DNA of 63,303 bases, filler included. It is 15 parts of 15 records of this genome, joined end to end, with 100 filler letters (N's around TTAATTAATTAA, not from the genome) between each part and the next. Parts side by side here need not be neighbours in the genome. Positions count along the whole stretch, not along the records: positions 32,252 to 36,315 come from SRR7504441_55717; positions 36,416 to 42,055 come from SRR7504441_55747; positions 42,156 to 46,915 come from SRR7504441_55768; 12 more parts are not named here. One strand, written 5' to 3'. Every line of letters starts with the position of its first letter. The first letter of the stretch is position 1. The position numbers and the translations under genes are program-made. Below are positions 34,944 to 45,434 of this stretch, one piece after another. The notes under the pieces were generated by a model, which saw only the letters and a list, made by a program, of their open reading frames with translations, was not told where the DNA came from and made no database searches.

Positions 34944-36315
34944 GATGGGGTTCCTGGGCGTGGCCACCCCGATCGGATGGGACGAATCGAAGAAGCATCT
35001 CAAGTACATTCGCGAGCACGGGGTGCGCCAGTTCATCAGCATGTACCACCGGCTGAAGGCAGCCCCCCCGGCCCATGGGTCGTATGACGCGCCAGCCAGG
35101 ACTTTCACGCCGAGCTCAAGTACGGGGACGAGGTGGAGTATATCCTCGTCCGGCTGGACCACCAGGCCAAGCGCGCCCAGGCCGTGCTCCGTGGTGCTGC
35201 CCCCTGGCGAGCACCGGCGAGGCTGTGGCAGGCACGCAGCTGGTGGAGGAGCTCCAGAAAAAGGAGGCCTCCATGGTCTCCTCCCGCACCCTGCAGTGCA
35301 CATGGTGCCCCCGCGCTCGGCTCTGGGCTCACCGGCCCGCAGGCACCCGGAATATACCGCCTACATGGTCGAGGGCACACCGAGCGACGCCTACAACGGC
35401 CTCGCAGAAGACCTGCTCAAAATACAGGCAGCCCACAGCCCGCGCCCGGCCAGTCACACCGGCTGCAGGACAACATGGCGATGCGCCGCGCCCGGATCAT
35501 GTCGGCGCTCGGCCCAGACGAGGCGCGGCGCTGCTGCACTGGCCGCTCACGCGCGGCGCTGCAGGTCGTGCTCACGCTCACTTCGTTTCCGATGCTCGGA
35601 ACCGGCCCTGACAGCACCTTCCCGCCGTCGCGACCGCTCGGTGCGACAGTGGCCCGGCCGGTGTGCACTGGGGGCAGGCGAGTACGCGATGTCGCAGTAC
35701 GTGTCGGACGATGTGATCAATTCGCACCCTCGGTTCCTGACCATGACGCGGAACATTCGGCTCCGGCGAGGCCGGAACGTGCCCAGAGATACCATGGCAC
35801 CGGCCGACCAGGCTCGGGCAGGTGTCTATGACTGTGCCGGTGTACAGAGATAAGAAGGTGAAACGTGACGCGGAGGTGTGGCGCCGGCTGGTGGAGCGAG
35901 GCAGGCCCAGCAGGTGCACATGGACTGCCAAGCGTTCGGGATGGGCATGTGCTGCCTCCAAGTCACCTTCCAGGCCCGCGACTCCTCCGAGGCTCGACAC
36001 CTGTACGACCAGGCAGCTAGCTATCTGGCCAGCTGCGAGCCGATGGCCAGCTTGCGGTGTGCTCTCCAATCTTCCTCGCCCTCACTGCAGCCACGCCCAT
36101 CCTCAAGGGCATGCTGGTCGGGACCGATGCCCGCTGGAACACGATATCCGGGTGCCTCCGTCTCTATGCCCCCGGATCACGCCGGCTGCAGGTCAGTCGA
36201 CTGCAGAACAGCTGCAGAGTCTGGAGAGCTAGTCGATTCGGGCGGAATCGGCGATTCGCTGCCAGGCCAAGTGGACCCCGATGACGCAATGGCAGGTACC
36301 AGGCCGGCTGCCGGG
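34944..36315 (+). CDS. GCLC: Glutamate-cysteine ligase catalytic subunit (eukaryotic type), 3' truncated, 10 mini-introns
   Basis: Spliced: [115 protein letters not shown]. Confidence 0.95.
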
Positions 36316-36594
36316 NNNNNNNNNNNNNNNNNNNNNNNNNNNNNNNNNNNNNNNNNNNNTTAATTAATTAANNNNNNNNNNNNNNNNNNNNNNNNNNNNN
36401 NNNNNNNNNNNNNNNTTGGGTAGCTGCTCCGGCTCCATTTCTTTTCTTTTTTTTTCGAAGCAACCTACACTAATAAGAATCGTGACTAAACTAACACTAT
36501 AGGTTGAATCGTGACTAAATCGTGACTGCACTAAGACTACTAAAACAAGACTAAACGGCTGTGACGACCGGTGCTCTACTTACTGAAAAGCAAT

Positions 36595-39500
36595 CTAGTA
36601 TTGATCTATGCTCTTTGCAGGGGTATTGAGCACATGCCTGCTGGCATCCACTTCGGCCCTAAATTGATCTCGCCTGGACAGCTCGTTCTTCCTTTCCTCG
36701 CGCTGATCATCAAGCAAAATGCGGGCCATGATGAGCTGATCCGAGTGTTGCTGTGCCCTGCTAGTTACGATCAAGTAGAGAATAAACATAAAGTGCTCGA
36801 TTCCCACAAACCACCAGAGCTTGTATTCATTCGGGATATGGTCGCCAAACTTACTGGTGTAGAGCAGCATCATGGTGTTGGTTACTATCCCGCAGCAAGT
36901 CAGGATAGAGAAAATCTGATTCCAGACTCCGAGCCCAGGCGCGCCCTGTGGCCACGGTCGCTGCAGCACTATCGTGAGCTTGTACGCATCACTCCGGATC
37001 TCGATCACGTTGTTAAGGAAAGCCAGCAGCGAGGTGGCTGGGAAAGCCATCGAGAACATCACGATGAAACCGTATTGAATCGCCATCTGCCAGAGTAACA
37101 ACAACCGGTTAGCCCTCGACAGCGGCAGCGCACACCTCGCTGATGTCGTCAAATGTACCAAAGTAGCCCTCGCGATGGTTCATGTAAATGTGGTTGTGAC
37201 GTTGAATGTAGACGTCGTTTGGCACAAGACGGAGCCCGAAAACTTCCATCTGCTGCCGCGTCGGGATGCTGATCTCGTGCTCTTCATCTCCACCAGCAAC
37301 AAGATTACTTCCTTCGGGGGCTGAGTAGTAATCGTACTGCTTGCGGAATAGGCCACATAAATATGGGACTACGATTTCAATAATATTTCCGATCAGCAGA
37401 TTCGTCACAAAGATCGAGAGCAGGGTGGTGCCCATCTCGATCATACAGTCTGGTCCGTGCCCATTGCCGGTTCTAGGGCACTTACAGTCTTTTTCTGTCC
37501 AGGCGCAATCCTCGTCATACACGCCATCTCTGACCCAGTCCGACTTGGGACATGTACAATACCCAAGCAGCTTCTCGGTGTTAAACCAAAACCCGTTGGC
37601 TTTGACAAACGCCGTGATGATGAAGATCAGGTAGCTGTTGACTGCCTGTAAGGTGAAACTTTTGGCAATCAAGTGGTATTCGAACGTGGTGTTGGTCACA
37701 TGATTCTCTTGCTCGGTCAATAGAATCGCCACCTCCAGTAGCGAAGCGCTAACAATCACTATCACTATACCTTGGATAGCAGACGCTGCCCAGCCGTAAT
37801 CGGTGTGACGCACCAGATACCACCGACCAATTAGCAGCCCTACTATCAGAGAAATATCCAGCACGAGCAATATGACACAGATCGAGTAGGTGCAGACCCG
37901 ACGGAACACAGTCCATAGCTCTTTCTTGTAGAAAGCCCTGGTGGTCCGCTGATCAGCCCTTGCCTGGTCAGAGCTCTCAAAGTCGGCCATGTTCCAATGA
38001 ATTTGAAGCATTCTCTCGGTCGACCCCCACCAGCTCTCAAGTGCAATCCCCCAGCACACGATCAGGAACGCCCACGCTGGCGCCACGTTACCCAGGTCGA
38101 GTCCGTCCAGCCCTTCGCTCCCCTTGTTGTAGCTCGACTGGAGCTCGTACATGAAGAAGCCGATTCCGAGCATTGAGGGAATGGTCAGCAGCTGGGGCAC
38201 AGACACTTTCAACTCGAGCAGATCCCACTACTGCAGTGTACTAGTATACCTACACGAATGTACGCACCGTGGTGTAGAGCACAAGAAACTTGAAGTAAAA
38301 GCCGATAGATTCGCCAAAATAGCCCACAACCTGCCACGGCTCATCAATCTAGCAAACAGCAGTGCACCTCGTCAATTGGCTGCCAGCTCCACAACGAGGT
38401 GACGATATGCCGAAACTGAGCCCACTCGTTGCGCAAATACTCGGCTTGGTCTCTCTCGTGCAGCGGGAAGAATTTGACGCAAAACTTGTCGTCAAATGCA
38501 TCGTTGATCATCTGGTTTATGTCCTTAGATGCCCCGCGTACTTTTACCCCTGGGCTGTAACTCTTCTCCTTGATGGGCAGGCACGCGTAAATCTCTTCGG
38601 CTCGGTTGAGCTCGAGGTGCCTTGAGAAATACTCAAGGAACTGTACCAGCAGTGTGAAGTACGCCCTGTTCACCTCCACAATCTTGTGCTCGAGGTCGGC
38701 GCCCTCGAGTTTGCACTTTTTCTCAGGGCTGTGTAGATCTTCTGTGTGGTCGGCGAGCAGCTCCTTATCGATTGTGCTCTTGCACTCGTTCAGGCAGCAT
38801 TGAATAAACTCGAGTTTTTCAGTCTCGGTCTCCTTGGCTTCAAATTCGTCGTCGTGTCCGTCCATGAAGTGCGCTTGCTTTTTGTTCAACGGCACATCCT
38901 GCTGTTTAAGAACCACCAACAGCTTGTAGCAGATTAGCCTCATGGCTTGCCTGAACGCACCGGAGCCTTTCCTGGGGAAATCAAATATATCCTGGATCAC
39001 ATCTTCAAACTCGCTCAGGTGGTCATATAGGTTCTCCTCCCAGTCCTCGCCATCTTGGTCGTGCTGCAGAAGGTCGGTTTTGATCTTAAACAGACAGCTA
39101 CGAATCAGCCTCTCGCAATTCACTGCAGTGCTGTCAGGCACTGACACCTTCTTGCTCAACCCGCCTGTTGACCGCTTCACGAATACCAGGCTTGATATGG
39201 GACACTCCACTACAACTTCAATACCAAGGGGAACATCATTGACTGGGTCCGGTTCCAGTGTTATGCTGACACACACTGGGTCTTCTTCAAGCATTGCTGT
39301 GCAGAATTCTTGCTCTCTTCTCTCTAACTGCTTCTGGCTGCCCGCGAGAGCCTCGCCCCGTGCCCACGCCCAGAGATCTTCGCACTGCACGAACCAGTCG
39401 TTGCCGCTCAGTGCCTTGAAGTACCCCTCAGTCTCCTGCACCACCTTAGTCTTCCCACCCTTGGTGTCTGAGTAAGAGTAAAGCATCAGCTTCCTCAGAA

Positions 39501-41047
39501 TCTGCAGCTTCTGGGCCGGTGTGAACTCCATCTGGGTTAAAGTGTCGGTGTAAGTAGCCTGCGATCGCTTGTTCCAAGGGCAGGCCTCATAGTCGTAGCG
39601 TGACCGGTAGACGAACGGCTCCCACCGCCTCACTTTGGCAAAGACTTCGGACAAGTCACTCTCAGAGAGCGATTTCTCGATTTCCTCTCTCTTGACGTCG
39701 TGATGAGCGGCCTTCCGATTGACTGAGGTGGCCAGCTTCATCGGGAGCTGCACCATCTGTGCTGCCATTCCTAGCACTTTAGGTGGGGCTCGGATGAGCA
39801 GGTAGACCTCTTTCCCGTTCTGGGCCACAAATTCCTGCACGTCCAGCTGCATCTTGAGCAGCTCAAACATAATCGTCCGGCGGGTGTCCCGGCACTTTTG
39901 CCAGCGCTCGTGGTTGATCGAGTCGAGCTCGTCTTGCTCAGTAAAGCACTCGCAGCAGAAGATCTTCCTCGGCAAACTCACCATCTCGTTTGGCGCGAGC
40001 TCTGCAAACTCGTTCCTGAATACCATCGCAGCCATCCATGGGCTGCTAAGGTCCTGCTGGTACTCCATCCGAGACTCGATCCAGCCGGTCATGTCCCGGT
40101 GGAGGCTCGTGTGCATCTTACCATCCAGGTTGAGCTTGGCTTGCTGCGATGTATTCAGTTTATCACACAGCGTTCCAAAAAATTCAGAGAGAGACCCCTT
40201 CTTCACCAGATCTGGTCCGGACCACGGGTAAAACTCTTGCCAGAACAAATCCATGAGTGAGAGCATCTGCACCCTCGGTGCAGCGGTCTCAGCTGCCAGG
40301 AACATGTCAGCTTGCTGCTCTCGGGTGTATTTACTCAGGTTCTTCTCTTCCATCTTCATGAACTGGGTTAGGAGTGCTGCGGGACTATCAGGGTACTCCT
40401 CCTGATCTTGTCGGGCCTTCTCGGTTTGCCGGGCCTTCCATTCCTCGAAGTTGTCAGACCGATCAAACTCATAGTCCAGCACGCAATGGGGCTCTCCCAG
40501 AAAGTACGCCACAGCATATGAAATCGCAGTGACGTCGAGCACTGCTGCCGCACTCCAGATACCTGCAGCCCACTGACCGGCTGCCAACAAGCAGGTTACC
40601 TGGCACGCAGAATGGATATGCCGGGATCGCGTAGACCAGGTAGATCACACATCGGACCAGGTAGTTCTCGAATAGAAAATTGGCAAAGAGTGACGGCCAG
40701 GCGAGGAGCTTCATTACCCAGAGTGAGCAGGCCAGGTAGTGCCCAGTTTCCACCAGCGTGATTGGCCAGGTCAGAAAGAGCAGAAGCCCGCCATAATACT
40801 GTGAATCCTTGGTATTGTCGCCAAGAAACTCGGCCGAGTGCAGCTGGAAAGCGGCCACAATCCCGCAGTAGAGCACAGTGATGATGGTTACCACCCCCAT
40901 GAACCTCAGCCACACGTTGAACCCGACCTGCGCGATCGGGTGCTCTTCAAAATACGACTTTGGCCGCGCCACAGGGTTGCAGAACCTGTAGCAGAACGAG
41001 CTGTCCTCAGGCAAGTCGGGCTCATCCTCGGGCTCTTCTTCAAACAT
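36595..41047 (-). CDS. Anoctamin/TMEM16-family protein with an extra N-terminal 4-TM module; may extend 5' to ~41900
   Basis: FFPLHE, LTEQENH...FEYHLIAKSF, GNIIEIVVPY, IQYGFIVMFSMAFP...LAFLNNVIEIRSDAYKL...QRP...LGVW are anoctamin hallmarks. Confidence 0.9.
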
Positions 41048-42179
41048 CTGGGAGCTGGCTGTCTGGAACGAGCTGTTCAGCTCCTGGAGCTCGATTCCAT
41101 CCCCTGGACCGGCCTGCTGCTGCCAGGCTCGTGCAAGGCACCTTGGGACACACTAAGCGGGCCGTTGTCGTTGCGAATCGCATACTTGTTTGGATCGCTC
41201 ACCGCATAAAACAACCGCACGCCTTGACCCTGGCCGTGGTTCTCCACCCTCTGCCCAGCTGTCGGCCCAAGGGCCCGCGCGGCGCCCACCACAACTTGGT
41301 CCACCTCAAAGGTTGTCTCCTCAATCTGCGTGCCCTCTGGGCAGCTGCCAGCTGCGTTAGCCGGGGCGATGGGCCGGGGCACCATCGCTGCACCATGGCC
41401 ACCGGATCGGGCTCTTCGAGCTCCCCGTAGAATCCTATTTCGATGCAGGCGGTCGCGGTCGGGCTGCCGAGCCCCTCTTGGCTGGTGGCTTCAGCCCCAG
41501 CCGAGTCCTTTTGGCAGCAGGGCGACCACTGGCAGTAACCGCTGGGCGTGGGCGGCTTGGCGCTCGGCTGGGCCTGCCGGACGGTAGTGGCGGCCTCCGC
41601 AGCCTCGCCGAATAGCACCAGCTTGTTGAGCTGGGCCCAGCTGGGCTCAGAGATCCAGGTGGCAGGGGGAGGGGGGGGACCTGCTGGGCGTGTGTATGGC
41701 TGGTGAGCAATTGCTGGTCCACCGTCGCGAGCACCCGCTGACCGAGGTCCGCCCGCCCCGATTCGGGCGCCGCAGACGGACCAACCGGCCTCAGGAAGAT
41801 TTTAACGCAGAACCGATGGCAGTCCCCCCGGGAAATCGACTCGGTGGTCATCTCCAGCCGCTCTGCCTGCGGTATCCCAACAGCCGACGAATCGGTGTCC
41901 TTGGCGAACCACATCCGCTTGTTGCCTAGAGCCTACCTCGGCCAGTCGGCCCACCACACACTCTCAAGCACACTGGTATCGATGTCCGTTTCTTGGAAAT
42001 GCTCTCACGGCGGATAGGTCGGACTCATAGATGTGTAGCCCGGTAGCCCGGTCAGNNNNNNNNNNNNNNNNNNNNNNNNNNNNNNNNNNNNNNNNNNNNT
42101 TAATTAATTAANNNNNNNNNNNNNNNNNNNNNNNNNNNNNNNNNNNNNNNNNNNNAATTAATACAATACCAACTGTCTC

Positions 42180-42420
42180 CAATTGATATTCCAAACTCTC
42201 GGCCGAATCCGCTCGTCTTGAACCCTCCAGATGGCGCTCTTGTGAGCTGCATGTGCGTGTTGACCCATGTGCATCGAGCTTGGACGCCAGATCGCTCGCT
42301 GACCGTCGCAATAATTATTTTCATTGTTACGCTTGAAATTACGTGTTGTTACGGAACCTCCGAGCATGCCTCCGAGGCCATACATGTAATCAGTGGCATC
42401 GGCTCAAACAGCTCGCTGAC
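42180..42420 (-). pseudogene. Decayed aldehyde dehydrogenase C-terminal fragment
   Basis: ADATDY(MY)GLGG(MLGG)SV ... LASKLDA / WVNTH ... APSGGFKTSGFGREFG spread over different frames with insertions. Confidence 0.8.
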
Positions 42421-42611
42421 GATCAGCATCTTGTAATTGTGGCCCTTTCAAGACGCGCTTCTGATTCCGCTCCATTGAAGTCGTCGACTACCTGCTGCAC
42501 CAACGACTTCCACCAACGACTTCCGGGTCAAGGTGACGGTTGGGGAGGAAGAAGTGAAGCAGGCACACGCTGGCCACTCTTGGGCAGCGGGAGGGGCTCG
42601 CGAGACATTAG

Positions 42612-44111
42612 ATGCCGCAGCGCGGGCTCCGGGCAGCGAGCGAGCGGGAGTGGCTGGTGCACGGTCGGCGGTTCGATCTTGAGAGCTTCGTCCAACAGCA
42701 CCCGGGCGGGCCGCACGCTATCCGGCTGGGCCAGGGCCGGGACTGCACTCGGCTGGTCGAGTCGTACCACCCGCACTCGGACAAGGTGTGGCGGCTGATC
42801 GCCAAGTACGAGCTACCAGAGGCGCGCGAGCAGCGGTTGGCGGTGGAGGCCGCCACCGGCCAGACGGAGGCATCATGGCCGCCGCGCGACCCGTTCTATG
42901 AGGACATCAAAGGCGTGGCACGACGCCATTTCCCGAACGGAGCGGAGGACTGCAAGGCGGGCTGGAGGCTCGCGCTGGGGCTCGGCGTGTGCGGCGGTGC
43001 TACTTTTCTCTATTTGATGTCCAAAGCGGTCCTGCTGGGATCGGCCCAGTCCGCCTTCTTGGCGGGGCTTGTGTTTCTGCCGGTCAACGCGCGACTCCTG
43101 CACGAGGGTAGCCACTTCGGGCTCTCCACTAGGTGGTGGGTGAACCGGTTGTGCGGCCTGCTGTACACGCTGCCGTTGCAGTCCGCCTCCGGGTGGGAGC
43201 TGCAGCACGTCATCAGCCACCACCAATACACCAACGAGCTCCCGGACAAACAACCGGAGCAGTCGGCCCCACACGAGAGTGGCGTCCCCTATGACATCGA
43301 TGTGGCCTGGGTCCCGTACACTGCCTCGCTGGCTCGCAGCATGCCGCGCTGGCTGTGGCCCATTGTCCTTGCCGTTGTCCTGCCACTGGCAGCAGTGCAG
43401 ACCCCCTTTGCGATAGGGCCCGGTTACTGCATCTCGATCCTCTCAGAGGGCCGCGTAGAGCAGCAAAGGGCGCACATCAAATGGGACTCAGCCGTGGCCC
43501 TGTCGGTGCAGATGGCGCTGGCGGCCTACATGTGCTTCCAACATGGCGTGATGCAGGCGGCGCTTGTCTGTGCGTCTTGGTTGTTCAGTGTGGGCATACT
43601 GTTCATCACTTTCTCTCAGATTGCTCACTTGCCTCTGCTAGTAGCTGAGCCTGGCGGCGCTTTATCGAAGAGCTGGGCAGCCAATCAGGTGGAGCACAGC
43701 ATGAACTTCAGCATGGGCTCCGAGCTTGTATTCTACCTAGCGTTCGGGCTTAATTATCAAATTGAGCACCATTTGCTGCCCTCGGTCTCGCACGGCCACC
43801 TGCACAGGATCGCCCCAGACATCGAGAAGGTGTGCAAGCAGCACGGCGTGCGCTACAGGCACGCGCCGTCGCTAGGCCGTGCGCTCAAGATACTGTGGAA
43901 GAGGTTTGTCGACATGCGGATATCGGAGCCAGCACCACCCGAGCGATCACTTGGGTGCCTCCGAGCCCCCGTTGAACACTTCAGACCCCATCACTCGGGC
44001 GATCTTGTTGTGCCGGCTGTACTCCCCAACCCGCTTTTCGAACAAGTTCGTCTTGGACTGGGTGCACTGGTCGAGTTCGCTGGTGTACTGGCAAGAGTAG
44101 CTAGCAGATAG
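42612..44111 (+). CDS. Front-end fatty acid desaturase with N-terminal cytochrome b5 domain, intronless
   Basis: HPGG heme motif; His boxes HEGSH, QHVISHHQYTN and QIEHHLLP. Confidence 0.93.
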   Translation: MPQRGLRAASEREWLVHGRRFDLESFVQQHPGGPHAIRLGQGRDCTRLVESYHPHSDKVWRLIAKYELPEAREQRLAVEAATGQTEASWPPRDPFYEDIKGVARRHFPNGAEDCKAGWRLALGLGVCGGATFLYLMSKAVLLGSAQSAFLAGLVFLPVNARLLHEGSHFGLSTRWWVNRLCGLLYTLPLQSASGWELQHVISHHQYTNELPDKQPEQSAPHESGVPYDIDVAWVPYTASLARSMPRWLWPIVLAVVLPLAAVQTPFAIGPGYCISILSEGRVEQQRAHIKWDSAVALSVQMALAAYMCFQHGVMQAALVCASWLFSVGILFITFSQIAHLPLLVAEPGGALSKSWAANQVEHSMNFSMGSELVFYLAFGLNYQIEHHLLPSVSHGHLHRIAPDIEKVCKQHGVRYRHAPSLGRALKILWKRFVDMRISEPAPPERSLGCLRAPVEHFRPHHSGDLVVPAVLPNPLFEQVRLGLGALVEFAGVLARVASR

Positions 44112-44286
44112 CCTAATTCTTACATGAACATGTACAGTACTTATCTACTATTGTTTCGACGGTATAGCGACGGTATAGCGACGGTATACGTACGTATTAA
44201 AACGGTGGCTCCAAATAAACAGTGTCAAACCCTGAAGATAATTGATTCCACAAGCAACATCAACCGTTATTACTGTATATATCATG

Positions 44287-45399
44287 TTAGCGTTTCGAGC
44301 AAACGAGCTGGAGTCCCCGAACGTGATCGCTTCGGAGCTTCAGCATCCCGCCCCTACTACCGAAGGTGAGCCCAAAGGCCTGCACGAGCCTCGCTGGAAG
44401 CAGCGCCTTCAGCAATTCATATACACCTTTGCACTCAAATCCAGCCTCGTGGAGTCGTCGCCAAAAGTCTTCACAATCAAACAGCCAGACGTGATACGGG
44501 TGGCGGCTGCAAGAGGATAGCTCACGAGAGCCATCTGGTATGTGCCGACAATCTTTGGTATTCCAGCCTTCCACAGTCGTACACGGCACTTCGACCAGCA
44601 GCCAGCCGTCCTGATCGAGCACCCGCAACAGCTCGGATAGAGCCTCATCAAACGCCCGAACGTGCTCCAGTACATGCAACAGGATGATGCCATCAGCAGT
44701 GCCGTTCCTGAATTGTAGATTTGACACATTTGCTTGGCTCACTTGGTCGCTGTACCAGTCACCATAACTATCAGCCATCCCATCCAGACTCTTCTGCTCA
44801 ATCGTTTCCTCCTGATTCAGCGCGCGCTCCATCGCCTTCTCGGGGCCAAAATGCATCAATCGGAATCTGCGGCTGCCAGGGGTCCTCGTTCGCAGCGCCC
44901 CGAGCCCCATGGCCGCGCAGGCCATCCGGTGCCGCTCGCGCGAGTCGCAATTGGGGCACCTCCAGCGGGTGGTGGCCGCGGTGAGCGTCGGATCGACGCC
45001 TGGACGGGTCTTAGCCACGTGGATGTGCTGGCCACAGCAGGGACAGTAAGCCAGCGTGAGCCTGTTGCTGTTATGAAGTCGAAGCGCGGCCTGCACATGG
45101 TCCCCAAACGGTCCCCGCGCGCAGTCAGCGCCGATGTGCTCCAGCCGCACCGCGTCGTGCTCCCGCAGTCTGGCCCATTCCACCGGCTTGCCGTCGGGGC
45201 TGGTCAGCCGGTCCCCCGGGCAGACCGCCCGACCGATCCGTGCCGAGAGGTAAGCGGTCTGCTCGAGCCGCAGACGGCGGAGGCTGACCCGGTGCCGGGC
45301 TACGGCCCCGTCAGGGCCCACAGTGGTCAGGTGCACGCCCGAGCTCACCACGGCTCGGAGCGCCAGGAGGAGGCACACCCGAGAAGCTCGGCATTTCAT
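44287..45399 (-). CDS. Signal-peptide-bearing class I SAM methyltransferase with Cys/Zn-ribbon (CPCC...CPNCDSRERHR), intronless
   Basis: LMHFGPE, ADGIILLHVLEHV, ALSELLRVLDQDGWLLVEVP. ATG 45399 is followed by a hydrophobic leader. Confidence 0.82.
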   Translation of the reverse strand: MKCRASRVCLLLALRAVVSSGVHLTTVGPDGAVARHRVSLRRLRLEQTAYLSARIGRAVCPGDRLTSPDGKPVEWARLREHDAVRLEHIGADCARGPFGDHVQAALRLHNSNRLTLAYCPCCGQHIHVAKTRPGVDPTLTAATTRWRCPNCDSRERHRMACAAMGLGALRTRTPGSRRFRLMHFGPEKAMERALNQEETIEQKSLDGMADSYGDWYSDQVSQANVSNLQFRNGTADGIILLHVLEHVRAFDEALSELLRVLDQDGWLLVEVPCTTVEGWNTKDCRHIPDGSRELSSCSRHPYHVWLFDCEDFWRRLHEAGFECKGVYELLKALLPARLVQAFGLTFGSRGGMLKLRSDHVRGLQLVCSKR

Positions 45400-45434
45400 C
45401 GAAAGTCCGTTATAATGAGGCCTCGGGTGACGCA

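Noticed and set aside
33710-36191. Introner-like mobile introns
   Set aside because: The mini-introns share length but no evident sequence similarity or terminal repeats with one another in this window.
34903-36315. Apparent frameshifts in GCLC, PHB, PCCA and hslU suggesting pseudogenes, recoding or an alternative genetic code
   Set aside because: All are resolved by short GT-AG or GC-AG introns that restore conserved motifs under the standard code.
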